DNA of 64,000 bases from Amphiscolops sp. MND2022 (Eukaryota): positions 12,960,001 to 13,024,000 of the forward strand of contig OZ076409.1 of NCBI GenBank assembly GCA_964187785.1. The letters run 5' to 3'. Both the position numbers and the translations under genes were made by a program. The notes below the pieces were generated by a model. That model made no database searches, was not told the DNA's origin, and saw only the letters and a list, made by a program, of their open reading frames with translations. Of the stretch, positions 39,701 to 51,039 are shown one piece after another; positions within the stretch are counted from its first letter, which is position 1, and the number at the start of each line of letters is the position of its first letter.

Positions 39701-42700
39701 CGTCATTTTTCGTGAGCATAAAGGATACACACTTCTTTTGAACTTTCCCATATTTTTTCATGCCAATGGCAACAATCACTTCTATTTTTAAAATCCTGTT
39801 TTTTTCTTCATCTTTTTCCTCGTAGCACATTCATCAGAAATTTCAGTTCAACTTCAAACCTACCGATAAGTATGAAGGCGTGGAAGAAAGAAAAAAGATT
39901 ATTGAATTGGAAATTCTTGACTTTTATCGAAGCAATTATAGAACTATTGAGAATCGTATTATTAATTACTGTTACGAATTAAACTAAATATTAAGGACGT
40001 TGAGCCGTGTTCTCAAAGACCAAATTATTATAGTCGAGAAATATTTTTCTAGAAGAACAACGATTTTTAATGAAAACATCCAGATTCGATGTTTTGGTTT
40101 AGATATGCTTTAAAAATATATTTTGCTGTTTTTTTGAAGAAAATCAAACTACACTGAGTGAACAAAAACAAATAACACCTTCAGGAAATTTTTAATCTTC
40201 AATTTCGTCCAAAAGCCAAATTCGGTACACTATGAGTTTGTTGGACACAAGCATTACATGGACCTAGAATTTACAGAAAGCAAATTTGAAATATTTTTCT
40301 AGTGAACCTAAAATTATAGTTGGTAGCAATGCATTGGATTTGATGCAAGAACTATATACATTTGAGGTGAGCGAAAGCACAGTATATTTAGCATTCATTT
40401 CACGTCATTTGATTCATTGTTTTACAAAAAGCAGTAAAAGTTGTTCATGAATTCTCGATTGGCTTCGCTGTGCGCAAACTAAACTGGATCACGAGGCTGC
40501 TCTTTTTTTCACACGCCAGTTGAGAAGTTTCATTCAGTCTTTTTTCACACGATAAACGAACAAATCTCACTCAATTGCGCCGAACAAAAACTCAGCAATC
40601 TTGTATATTCATGATATAGTATATGTAGTACACATTATTTTGGCCATGGTCGCCGCTTTTGGTAATCTACTGAAGGCTGAGAGTAATGTGCTCGTACGGC
40701 CGAGTGCCGTTGGTTTGTTCAGTTCAGTTACTTGAGAAAAAGCGCAAAAAAAATAATCTTTGGCACACGTCAGATAAATATATCATGACGTCACTGAGTA
40801 GGCTCTTCAAATAAGATGCAATCTCTTGGTCGGCCGGCCCCTCAAGTGAACCAAGGCGATTCACCTCAAAACACCTCATTCAAATCATGACCGCATCAAA
40901 AAGTTTTCGAACCGGTTACTATCCACAGCGTCGAAAATAAATAATTGGTCCCACAGGGCCGAAAAATGAACTTTCGATAGCATAGCCATTCATAGTTAAG
41001 ACATAGTTCGTAAAACAGCAAAATCAATTGGCTGTATGACTCGATCTTACTCCTTCAGGGGCGCTTCGGGCCCCTCCAAATCGGCCTTTTGTCAAAACCA
41101 GCCGCTAGTCATGAAATGATCAGGACTGCAATAAGTTCTGCTAATTTTATAACATGTAAAATTATTATTTCTAGTCAATGGAATTAGCTTTGAACATCGT
41201 GGGACCAAATATTCATTTTCGGCGATGTGGGATGCACCCGTTGAACCAGAAGCGGGGATGAATGAGCGTCATTTTCACTCGAACAAAAAGTGCCTTAACT
41301 GAATCTGGTCAAGTAATTACGAAATTAGTATCAAATGAAAAAAAAAACTAAATTTTCTAGTACCCCAACTATTAGCTACATTGTGCTGAAAATGGATTCT
41401 CAAAAAATTGCAATCAATGGACTGCTGCGAACGATTACCACTTTCTTATTAAAGGATTATTACAAACTAAATTCGAGCCTTTGGGCAAGAAACTGAATGG
41501 AAATGGGAAGAACCCATTTTTTCTACGGATATTGATTGTTTCTTCGGATTTGTTATTAAAAACTAACCTAGTTGCAAAGCTATCTTCAGTTAAAGGTCGT
41601 GATATGTCGAAAAGTGCGATCCAAAGAAAAGGCTGAGGATATAAGCCCACGTACGTGTACAAGATAAGATGAGGGTTTACCTATGAAACCACAATGGGGG
41701 AAATACTAGCGTATCAACTTGGTTAGTTTGGCTCATATGTAACACGTAATAATGGTGAGTAAGTGAGAACTTGGTTTGAATTTTGCTGAGTTTGGTAATA
41801 TTTTGGTTACAAAGAGCTGTTTCATGTCAAGAAAGAGAAATGGCACTTGGCTATTTAAGTTAGTGAATGAGTTATAAAACATAATACAACGTATTGTTTT
41901 AACTAACTTGAACACAATGTCTTCTGCACTCGTTACAAAAGGGTTAATGTCAACGTCGTTTGTATTGTAAAATATACAACTAATTTTACATAGAGTACAA
42001 AGAATGGACTATACAAGTATATTTTGACTAACACGCAGGCATAGAGTAGTTACAAAAGTTGCGGAAGAGCATTTGAAACGCCACCGACCTTAGTTGGTGA
42101 AGCGGACAACCAACAAAGAAGGGGGGAGAAGAACTAGGAGAGAGAAAGGAGCAAAATGAAAGAAAACAAGTCAAGAAAAGCAAGCAACTCACTTTGAGAG
42201 GAACAAAATGCTAAGTGGCGGTGCTGCTAGTTTGCGAATGAATGACAGTTACACTGGTAGTACAATTGAGCACAGAGTAATAAAGAAGTTACATGTAGTT
42301 GGTTGTCTTGGCTCGTGTCCTCCGGTGAATAAGGAGTGAATGGACTGGACTATACGACGTACTGACTCTTCTCTTCAATTCAGTTCCTTCAAGTTTCAGT
42401 TTGAGTAGATTTGAGAAGAGAGTTGGCCACGACCGACGTTATTACCCAAACAACCAACTAATTCAGAGTTTGACAACGTTCGAGATAAATCTCGGCGGTA
42501 ACACACAGCTCGAGATAATGGCCGACGCCGCCACCGTATTATTCACTTCGGCAAATCCATTCAAATTATTCCCTCGCCCTAGTTTGGTGGTAGCTCAAAA
42601 CAAACAGCACTTCCATTTAAGGCAATCCTACCAAGGATACCTGCTATCAAACAAAACTTCAAATTGATAGCAGTGAACCCTCACAGTTCTCAACAACCAC

Positions 42701-45700
42701 CACCCCCCCCCCCCCCCCGATGCCAGCACATAGGGAAGGGATTAGGGCACTCGCCTCTCCCATGCCACGTCCGGGCTACGTATATTGGTCCTTGCCTATC
42801 TACACAGGCACACAACAAGTAATAAATACATTTAAACAAATATTGGGCCAAATCAGAGGGAAATAAACAAGGTCGCAATATCCCACCAGCCCCAATATTA
42901 AACCTAGCCTCCACAACCAACTCTTCAAACTTCAATCAACCCAAACTCCCATTGCGCGATACGCTTCTTTCGCAAACCAAGATCAAAATGTCCAAAACCT
43001 CTCAACAAGAAAATTCGCGAAATTCCGAATGTATGACAATGACACGCATTTCAAGCTTATTTATTCCCCAATGCAGTATTATTTCGGCACTGAATCATTC
43101 CATGCAGCTTTTTCAATAAAACAAATCTGAAAGTTCTTGGTCAACAATATCTCATGCAACGAAAAACCCTGTCGGCAGAACTGAAACAATTTTCGGCGAA
43201 TTATTATCTATTCTGAACAAAATATGAACTACTTAAAAACGTTGTCTGAAACCAAAATATTTAGCATGCACCTTTGCGTGTTTTTTGCAAAACATGCGTA
43301 ATTCTCTAGATAGAAACTATTCCCGGTTTTGAAAAGGTCAGAGACTTATCGTCCTGATGTCAAATCATTTTTTCGTCTTCGATGAACATGACAGATACAA
43401 GTCTCATTCAGCGCACATTTTCTTTCACACTTGAAACATTCTCGAGCGTGAGAGAAAGAGCCAATCACAGAGGCGGCGTTACCAGTCTTGACTTTTCACA
43501 AAGGGGTGAAAGTGTGACAGCATACGACGAATGACCTATTTCTAAAAGCATCAAATATTGGTGAATGCGATGACTTGAAAGAACCATACAGCTTGGAAAG
43601 GAAATAGGAGAATTGAAAGCGCTTTTGCAGTGCCGGGAGCTCTCAGAATTAATTAGTGGGAAAAAGCCTTTCATCAATTAAGGTACCTTTGATTCGTCGA
43701 AAATTTCAAGCAACAATAATCTCAAAATGACGAACTCGCTGATCAATCAATAATCTACTCGCTGCAACTTCCTTCCTTGCTTTAAAGCCAATTTCACTTC
43801 TGAAGAATCACGGAGAATGTCTCATTAGAGCTAAAAACGAACAGGGAATTCATTAGAGGTGAAATCATTCCACTCAAAGAGTTCCACCGGTCATAATATA
43901 GCTCGTGTTGTCTGAAAAACAATCCAAGCTGCTTTGATGTTGTTTGGCAGGTGAATCGGTTAGTGATATGTGAACTGGGATCATGTCAAAGTAGTTTTCA
44001 TTTTTCAGACTCAATTTTTGTTCGAAAACCACTTGAAAAGAATTCAAATAACGATTACCAGAAATTACGTCGTCGGTAATTATGTTCTATAAAACATCGC
44101 ATTTTATCTAATCTATTAGGAATATTAGTCTATTAGTCTATTATTATTGGGTGGTAATAATCATCGAGTCTTGATAATTATCGTTAATTGTGCAATTATT
44201 GCTATCATTGACTACTTAGAATGACCTTACCATTAGTTATGGTTTTGAGAGAAAAATTTTCGGACCATGTTCCTCAACACTTCCGAATTCTGGAGTAAAA
44301 TTTCAAAAATAACCGAACTGTCGGCGAGGGAGTTTTGAAAATCAGTTTCGGACTTTTGGCCGTGCGACGTAAACCCCAAACTTCTCGAAAAAAAACACAG
44401 TTGGCAAATTTGATTTTATAACGAGAGGCAACAAATCAGCACTGCAGTCAAAGCGGACACTTTGAAAAACAGGCGAAGCAATGCTTCGTCAATACAAATC
44501 GAAAACTAGAGCTAGAAAGTCGGTCAGTTTTTGTTTCAATTATTTTTTGGCAATTATTTTCAATTCTAGTTGGTGCTCTATGTTACTCCTCAGAAAAGCA
44601 TTGCAAATTTGGATTGCAATGCAATGAAACCCACAATTAGTCAGGTATCATCAGCGTAGTATCTAATTTACTGCCCAAACTTGGCTCATTTTTCATGAGT
44701 TTGTCTTAGCTAAGCTTTACATTAGCTAAGCTAGATTGTTCTAAGCAATATCACGGCACTTGAAATGAAACATGAACCCATGAGATGAGTATTGAATTCT
44801 AGTATTTTGGAACAATTTAGGAAACCTGTCAATTTTTAAACAGTGCAAGCAAATGCATCAATTTTTGAATCGCATTTGGAGCAAAACAAACAAGACGCTT
44901 GGAGACAGGCTGTCAGAAAGATGGATTGGTTAAGCAATCAGATTAAAATCTTTTTCAAGTTGCTGTACAAACACAAAAATCATCAAATAAACTTCGTACA
45001 AGTGTTCGACTTGTGACTTCAGTCGTTTATACGCACACAGTTTTTAGCTGATAACAGGCCAACATAGCAAACATTTCAAAAAACGTCCAAATTCGTTTTA
45101 CACTTGAACTGTGGACGGACTTGAAAACAAGGCCTCGCAAACCGAGCGACAATAAGCACCATCATTGAGTCACCAGTGAATAACCGCCAAGTCTACGATC
45201 AAACGTTTCGAGTGGGGATTACGGGGTAAATGTGCATTATGTTGTTCAACATCAACAACTTGAGGAAAACATGATGTCATATTTTGAGTTGGCACTTATA
45301 CATGAACTGATTGGCGCCTTATAGTCGGCCTTAGATGGCATGGAAGGCATAAACATGAATAAACAGCTCCCGAAAGAGAAAAAATAAATTCCCCAATTGA
45401 TTCGCTTGAAATACAAGTCAGGATAAGTACGCTTTTCATACACATTTCGCAGATTGAAGCATGTTTATTTTCCGCCCTTTTTAAATCTGAAAGGAAAAGA
45501 AATCTTTCAACCACTCTTTTTTTTACAAACTTCTTATCTTCCAAGTTTTGCATACTTCAAAGTTACGCCAGTAGCATATATATTTGAAATTATATCTCAA
45601 CTTTTTGAAAAGTGTCTATATGAAAAGTGTCCCCTAAAATGTCGAAAGAGCGAAAAATATTCTGAAAGAAAAAAGTTTTCCCATGAAAAAGTCTAAAATA

Positions 45701-48700
45701 AACCAAGAAAAACCCAGAAAATACCAAAACTTTCGTGTCTTTCAACGTATCGGCTACGCTGAAGTCCTAAAAATATTTTGCCGCTAAAATAATTCAGAGC
45801 GGAAAATATCCCGCTTGCTTAGTAGGCTACAATGTGTTACTGAACAAATAAACAATATTTGATCATATGAATATTGATGTAAATTTTGACAAGGGCGATG
45901 ATGTAACGACTATGTGATACGAAGAAAATAGAAACTCCAATATACAATTTACTTATATGGAATGAAACAAGACTATTATCGGAAGCATTGCTGAGAAAGG
46001 GCATTGCCGTTAGTCATGTTTAGCCAAGAAGGCTAATGTTTGTCAACAGGAGAGTGAAAGATACTTCCCAATATGGTTATGATTAGATTACAAAGGCAGC
46101 TAGCTTGAACTCTCAAGTCAAACTGTCGCCTAATTTGTGGTTCAAAGTCTTTGTAATTGGGCTGCACGAAAGCTCTTGATCCCGTTGCAAACTGATATAA
46201 GGTCAGGGTCCTCAACATTCGACACCTTTCGCACTTTACCTTCAACGAAACCAGAGGAATATAAGCTGGCCTATAAATGGAACTATATACGATTTTTCCG
46301 CCCTAATGATGAAATCAATCATTTGCTATTCAAAAACATTCGCAAAGGAAAATAAGTTCAAACTAGCAAATTTGTTGAACCAGGCTTCTTACAATAAGCA
46401 GTATCTTACGCGAGGAGCCAATGAAAAAAACGAAGCCGAATTCTCCAGACACCAAATACGCAATAAAAGAGCAAAAAAATGTTTGATGTCTGAGAATGGC
46501 ACTTTTCAGAAAGAGATTTTGCAAGAGGTCTCTTAGACATTGTATCCTCTAAACCTTCAAAGAAAAAAGTTTTCCAGGAAGCAGACATACGCCCTGTACT
46601 GAAAAACCCTAGATATGTCTAGACCTTGAAGCCAGACAGTTTTGAGAGACGACATTTGATACAATTCCAGTCAGCTGTGGCGGTAAAGGTAGTTTTAGCA
46701 GCTAGCGCATGAGCAACTGTGGAGAACGTAATTTCTTCCGGCTGAACTTAATTTCTTCTGGATTCCAGACAACAAAGAAGCGATATGTTTAGATTGCAAG
46801 ATACATTGACACTGATTCTCCTCTATTTAGCGCATTAAATAAATCTATCGGAAAAAAAACAAAAACTAACCAAGTCATCGGTGGGTTCTATTAATGTTCA
46901 CAGAGATCATAAAAAAATAACAGAAAATTTGATCAAATGTTGGACAGGAAGTAAAAGAATCCAATCGAAAATAACACTCGAAGAACTCAAAATGGAAGTG
47001 AAAACGGCATTATCATTTAATTAATGAATGTAGTATGATCAAGATACACTGATATTATATCTACTTATATAACACAGTTTTAACAACTAGCTGACAGTTT
47101 TTTGTACCGCATATTTCAAACAATGCAATATATGTATCTATACGCAGTTATAAAACGTAGATACATATGCATAGTATACTTTATTAGTAGAACTCAGATT
47201 TAGCTAGTACAACAACTGCTCATGGTTTCACTAGTATTTCTTCTATGTTGACCATTCAGATGGAATTGGAGAAAATGAATAATGACACATTACTAAAAAA
47301 GGGACACTCTCTTCTACAAACAGTGATACTTGACAGTAGTTTTATACTACATGTATTTCACACACTGCTTTCTCCGAAAAAAAAAAACGAAAGGTGGCAA
47401 AAGAAAACAGCAATTAGTCTGTACATTTATGTGAGAAAGAAATGGGACATGAATCAAAATAAATTGCAGCATTTGAACAAAAGCATGAAAACTCAAAGTG
47501 CTGAAATTCGATAAAAAAGCCAGACAAAAGTTTCCTGGAATTTCATCTACTTCAGAATGATGTTTGTTTCGGATTTCTGTCACCCATATAAAAAACTTTG
47601 TTTTTACATGTATTATTATTGGAGTTGGGCTTGATGTGTTATCTTGATGAGCAACGCTCACGGAAACTTGAAACAAAAATCTTCAAACAAATTGAACAAA
47701 AAGTTCCAAGCCACTTTCGTTCTTACAAAAAACGGTATTCTGAGTTGTTTTTCAGCAATTTGCACTGAAAGTTCCTTAGAATGTTTTTCCATGTCTAATT
47801 TTTTGCACAGCACGGAGAAAACTTTCAACCAATGAGAAGTTTTCACATTGAAAACTTTCATTATATCACGTTTGATTTAGAGCCAAACATCTACCAGATG
47901 AACAATGTACCATTTGTAAACTGATTGGGATGACGAAACTTACAGCTATCTCCTAATTCTTGTGAAATCAGAAAGATGAACAAAAAAGAAGAGAATGTGA
48001 GAGTCGCGAACCTTGGAATGCAGAGGACGTCGTCTTTCAGATCTGGCAGCAGCAGAAGTCATGGCTGAGGAGTTTGGGAACGCGGCGGCACTGACGTTGG
48101 CAGCTGCCACAGCATTAGCGGACTCTGGGTCACTGGAGTAGTAGTCGGACGCAGCTCCCCCGTCGTCGAAACTGAGTGCGGTGGGGGAATAGACACTTCT
48201 GTGGTCCCCCACACTCGCACAGTGCGACTCCGCTAACTCGTCAGAGCCTGCAACAAGTTAATGAGTTAATTTATGCAGCAAAAGCCAAGACCAGGTCAAC
48301 TGTTATCAGCTGACTGCAGGCAGAAGTGCCTGGAATCAGCAAAAAGTTTGTAAAATTCAGAAGAATAAAACTACTCGAGACAACTTACTCATCACATCAG
48401 CAGCTTCGTCGCTGAGATCGTAGACCATGCTGTCGGGACTGTTGAAACACAAACAACAAAGTTAGATCGAACCTGCTCTTTATTATCAAGTACTTGAGTG
48501 ATTGCCACGATAATTACAAAGAGCTCTTGAGGGATAAGCTCGCAGGGAGTACACAGTACAAATTAGAGTATGCACTAACATCGTTGCAACGGATCCACCA
48601 ATACTGGCGGCACTTGTGTCAAAACTGTCGCTGCGCATTAACGCGTCGTCCTTAACGTGCTGCTCTGGCTGTTGCCTGCAAGGGCAGTCCACACATCTGT

Positions 48701-49581
48701 TTGTGACGTCACCACAGCTGCACAAACTTGGCTGGTTGCTATCGGAGAGGGGTGAAAGTTGGTCACTATTGTAAGCTTGCGCCGCGTGAACAGAGGAAGA
48801 AGATTCTAGGTTTGCCGCTGTGGGAAAGCGAGGTGGTCGGGATTCCGATGCTCCCACGAAAGGCGGCATCCCTACCAGACTTGTACTGCTGTCAGAAGGG
48901 ACGTAATCGTCTTGGAAAACCTCCATATTTCCAGCAAGTAACCGAGACATGGACTACACAAAAACCGACACTTTCATTTTAGTCTAGTTCCATTTGTACC
49001 ACAGTCGATACATACGAGAATATACTACAGTGGTAGAATAAATTTGACAAAATTCAAAATTCATAGTAATGAAGGTCTACATTTTGACCGCTTACGCTTA
49101 TAACAATCGAAGAATTATAACAGCAGTAGCCGACGACTTACTTAATTACTTGCATGTTGAATTTTGGCACAAAATTCTGGTTGGTTCAAATTTGTAATAA
49201 AAAAGTCAATCGAGTAAACAAAATTTACCAAAGTGTGCGACAATTAAAAGAATAATTGATTATCTAAAATAAAGAGTGAAACTTGATTATAAGTGCTCAT
49301 TTACCAACCTGAAAATAATCATAAACTGGAGACGTATGAAGAGACTCTATAGTCGCGGGGGTATGATCACTTGAGCTGACTACATCGGAGGAGCACGCAT
49401 TGTCTGAAGACATGGTGGTACTGCTAACATTAACTGTTCGACCATGATGGTCTTCGTCGTGTGCATCCACCGTGTGCATAGAGCGTGTGCGTGGACGCTC
49501 TTTTTCATTGCGACACGACTCTGTTGCTGAATCTGTCGGCTTTTCACTGTCCGTGTGTTGCTCTTTGTCCGTAGCCGACAT
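24227..49581 (-). CDS. RIN: Ras and Rab interactor (RIN1/2/3; Drosophila sprint) family protein: SH2 + Ser/Pro-rich linker + helical bundle/VPS9 Rab5-GEF domain + Ras-association domain; 13 exons, about 1740 aa
   Basis: Exons 49309-49581, 48580-48953, 48389-48438, 48012-48247, 37896-38694, 37135-37423, 35078-36770, 34501-34590, 34101-34216, 28946-29153, 26589-26787, 25007-25384 and 24227-24744. All introns are GT-AG with matching phases; sum 5223 nt. The SH2-VPS9-RA order is diagnostic of the RIN family. The four 5' exons are supported only by phase and splice signals. Confidence 0.92.
25007..25384 (-). CDS. RIN: RIN exon 12 (start of RA domain)
   Basis: QGFLKIVVPDE..SIISKTLPVPPGMSATDVCIMLAHKLKI..PAEYGLYVVVDG; acceptor ATTTCAG, donor GTAAAT. 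Confidence 0.92.
26589..26787 (-). CDS. RIN: RIN exon 11 (VPS9 catalytic core)
   Basis: MGAEEFLPMLIYCL...EPGYYLTALSSA corresponds to GADDFLP...GEGGYYLT; donor GTTAGC. Confidence 0.92.
26905..27340 (+). mobile_element. HINE family 1 copy in a RIN intron, with central tandem repeats
   Basis: 5' TTTTTAGTCGGCGC...CCGACTATT; 3' GGCGCCGACTGGAGCGTTTCCCGGCTTGTTTTT. Confidence 0.72.
27027..27135 (+). repeat. 22-bp minisatellite, about 5 copies (AGTTCGGATGTGACGTTTTCAA)
   Basis: Five adjacent copies visible directly inside the HINE. Confidence 0.9.
27405..27770 (-). mobile_element. HINE family 1 copy (3' part), opposite orientation
   Basis: ACAAGACGAGAACATCTAAAGCCGGCGCTATATCCAAGGCTCAAAA is the reverse complement of the family 3' end; the other boundary is approximate. 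Confidence 0.6.
28946..29153 (-). CDS. RIN: RIN exon 10 (start of VPS9)
   Basis: QLGI...KMCCTYSPTAKMDCLLAASKTIYNS matches the VPS9 YSPxxKxxxLL..KxIY motif; donor GTTAGT. Confidence 0.9.
29243..29445. mobile_element. MITE with about 43-bp terminal inverted repeats
   Basis: CATGATTCGGAAAGAGTAATTTCAAAAATTAGAACATAACTCA (from 29243) is inverted at 29403-29445. No clear TSD. Confidence 0.7.
32534..32869. mobile_element. hAT-type MITE
   Basis: Perfect 8-bp TSD ATTCAACT (32526-32533 and 32870-32877); imperfect TIRs CAAAGTTTTGACACCGCT and AGCGACGTCAAAACACTG. Confidence 0.8.
32931..33864 (+). mobile_element. Two nested HINE family 1 copies (outer 32931-33864, inner about 32983-33678)
   Basis: Two 5' ends TTTTTAGTCGGCGCTTT (32931, 32983) and two 3' ends with AGA(C/T)G-TTCC-CGTCT hairpins (about 33658-33672 and 33847-33861). 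Confidence 0.7.
34101..34216 (-). CDS. RIN: RIN exon 9
   Basis: LRDNEFLNMDVITEDALYRTVLKQLY...; acceptor TTTCAG, donor GTATTG. Confidence 0.85.
34501..34590 (-). CDS. RIN: RIN exon 8
   Basis: VRSEMNSLKYYLQSPNEKSLSDLIDRERAK; acceptor TTTTAG, donor GTTGGT, phase 0/0. Too short for the ORF track. Confidence 0.85.
35078..36770 (-). CDS. RIN: RIN exon 7 (long Ser/Pro-rich linker and start of the RIN helical region)
   Basis: 1.7 kb open frame ending IRDCIMNLANDPNSNFSRLIKN...LLNQ; acceptor TTCTAG, donor GTTAGT. Confidence 0.9.
37135..37423 (-). CDS. RIN: RIN exon 6 (C-terminal half of SH2)
   Basis: FVDIVSLLQHYHEKNDGLPCKLRLP...GERFW; acceptor ATTTCAG, donor GTTAGC. Confidence 0.9.
37469..37847. mobile_element. 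hAT-type MITE in the intron splitting the SH2 domain
   Basis: TIRs TAGGCTCCGCAGAATTTCAC and GTGAATTTCTGCAGAGCTTA; degenerate 8-bp TSD TTTGAACC/CTTGAACA; repeated GCGTGAAAT subterminal motifs. Confidence 0.75.
37896..38694 (-). CDS. RIN: RIN exon 5 (N-terminal half of SH2)
   Basis: Acceptor CTTCTGTTTAG; RLMQSYTIWYLPKVTRQKAIEYLHNRQPGNFIVRHSSRPGTMALSLR is an SH2 FLVR-type motif; donor GTTAGT. Confidence 0.9.
40893..41239. mobile_element. MITE with about 40-bp imperfect TIRs
   Basis: TCCACAGCGTCGAAAATAAATAATTGGTCCCAC (about 40902-40934) is inverted as GTGGGACCAAATATTCATTTTCGGCGATGTGGG (about 41199-41231). Internal hairpin AGGGGC-GCTTCGG-GCCCCT. Confidence 0.6.
46030..46700 (+). mobile_element. 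Highly decayed LINE ORF2 fragment
   Basis: FQEADIRPVLKNP at about 46570-46610 resembles the WKxAxIxPVxK RT entry motif; many stops. Confidence 0.3.
48012..48247 (-). CDS. RIN: RIN exon 4
   Basis: Acceptor TTGTTGCAG, frame SDELAES...RRPLHSK, weak donor AAG|GTTCGC phase 0. Confidence 0.65.
48389..48438 (-). CDS. RIN: RIN exon 3 (50-nt exon)
   Basis: Acceptor TGTTTCAACAG, encodes PDSMVYDLSDEAADVM, donor GTAAGT; bridges phase 2 to phase 1 exactly. Confidence 0.72.
48580..48953 (-). CDS. RIN: RIN exon 2
   Basis: Acceptor TTTTTGTGTAG, open frame SMSRLLAG...SVAT, donor GTTAGT phase 2. Confidence 0.7.
49309..49581 (-). CDS. RIN: RIN exon 1 (putative start, MSATDKEQ...YDYFQ)
   Basis: ATG in GGCGGCATG context; donor CAG|GTTGGT, phase 0. 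Confidence 0.65.
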
Positions 49582-50081
49582 GCCGCCACCGCCGTCAAAG
49601 TTTCACAGGAAGTAGAGCGAAATTAACCATGTCATTCGAGTTGAGTTTATGAACTGAAATACTAATCTGAAAAACCAGCACCGTCACAAATCTCCATGTA
49701 GCGTGACCTGACCACTATTTCCATCAAAAAACCAACCCTTGACAACGCAGCATCATTAAAGACAGCAATATAAAATTAGATTGCAACATTTCGGCCTCTA
49801 AACTAACTCTCCTGAAACAAAAAAAACGAATACCTAATACTCTGTCGCAAGGGATGATCCAAGAAAAAAGAGAAGAGGGTGGGTGAGATCCAACATCTAA
49901 TTTTATCAATTCAGTAAAACCCCAATTTACAGGATACGGACCGTAATAATTATTTGGGGATCCTAAAGGTCAGCGCTAAACTTTTGGGTCGTTTCTTGGA
50001 GTTTACCAAGTGCTAACCTCAAAAACACGGATTGGTTGTTTGCAACAAATTGAACGTTCTCAAATTTTCTCAGCAATTGTA

Positions 50082-51035
50082 GACAAGCCGGGAACGGCAT
50101 AAGTCGCGGCGCCATATCTAAGGCTCACAAATAGCAAAATGACTTCAAAGTGTCAAGTATTCTTTCACAGTACCCGAAAAACCCAGTTGAAGCGAATTGG
50201 CGCGCTAACAAGGGGGACATTCAGATTTTTTGACATCCATTGTTGCAAAACATTGAAGACCCTAGGGGGAATTTTTTGAAACAAGTCTCAGAATGCCGAA
50301 AAACTGGAAGGGGGACCCTTTGGGATTATTCAACATTCTTTGTCGCCAAGCATCAAAACCAGAGCCGCACATGCGGTAAAGGAGTCGGCTTAAGTCTTTT
50401 TCCTTGACTCGCTTTCGTTCGAATCGTATGAACAGTTTGTGAGAAAATCGAAAAATAACAGTTTTTTCGGCCATTTTTGGGCTAAATTTGGCTATGTTTC
50501 TCACATCCCAGCCATACGAATTTAATGAAATTGCACATAAAGGACCATAATATGGTGTCGAATGACTGTAGAAAAATTCGTTCGAATCGTATGGACAGTT
50601 TTTGAGAAAATCGAAAAATGGCTGTTTTTTTGGCCATTTTTGGGCTAATTTCGGCTATGTTTCTCACATCCCAGCCATACAATTTTGATGCCTTTGCACA
50701 CGCAGGGGTCCCTTTGGGTGTAGAAAGACTGTGCAAAATATCGCGAAAATCGTATGGACAGTTTTTGAGAAATTTGAAATTTTCATGAAAAGGTCGGGAG
50801 AAAAAAAAAACAAAAAAAAACAGCACGATTGCATAAGTAGTCGAAAATTTTTTCCGACTCCTAAAAAATTGAAAGGGGGACCCTTTAGTCTCGCCGGTAC
50901 TGTATGTTACGCGGAAAAACCTTTTTGGTTCAGTTTTCGCAGAACATTTGAAGAACTGTTTTGGTCAATTCGTGTGGATTGAAAAAAAGTCACTATAATA
51001 GTCGCGTTTCACTTCATGGAGCGCCGATTAAAAAA
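50082..51035 (-). mobile_element. HINE family 1 copy just upstream of the RIN start codon
   Basis: ACAAGCCGGGAACGGCATAAGTCGCGGCGCCATATCTAAGGCTC at 50082 and GTCACTATAATAGTCGCGTTTCACTTCATGGAGCGCCGATTAAAAAA at 50988-51035; colinear with 968-1638. Confidence 0.75.
50359..50868 (-). mobile_element. HINE family 2 nested in family 1
   Basis: SubTIRs AGGAGTCGG (50380-50388) and CCGACTCCT (50854-50862), hairpin GCCGCA-CA-TGCGGT (50364-50377), internal tandem repeats of about 163 bp, inserted into an A-run of the host element. Confidence 0.72.
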
Positions 51036-51039
51036 GAGG

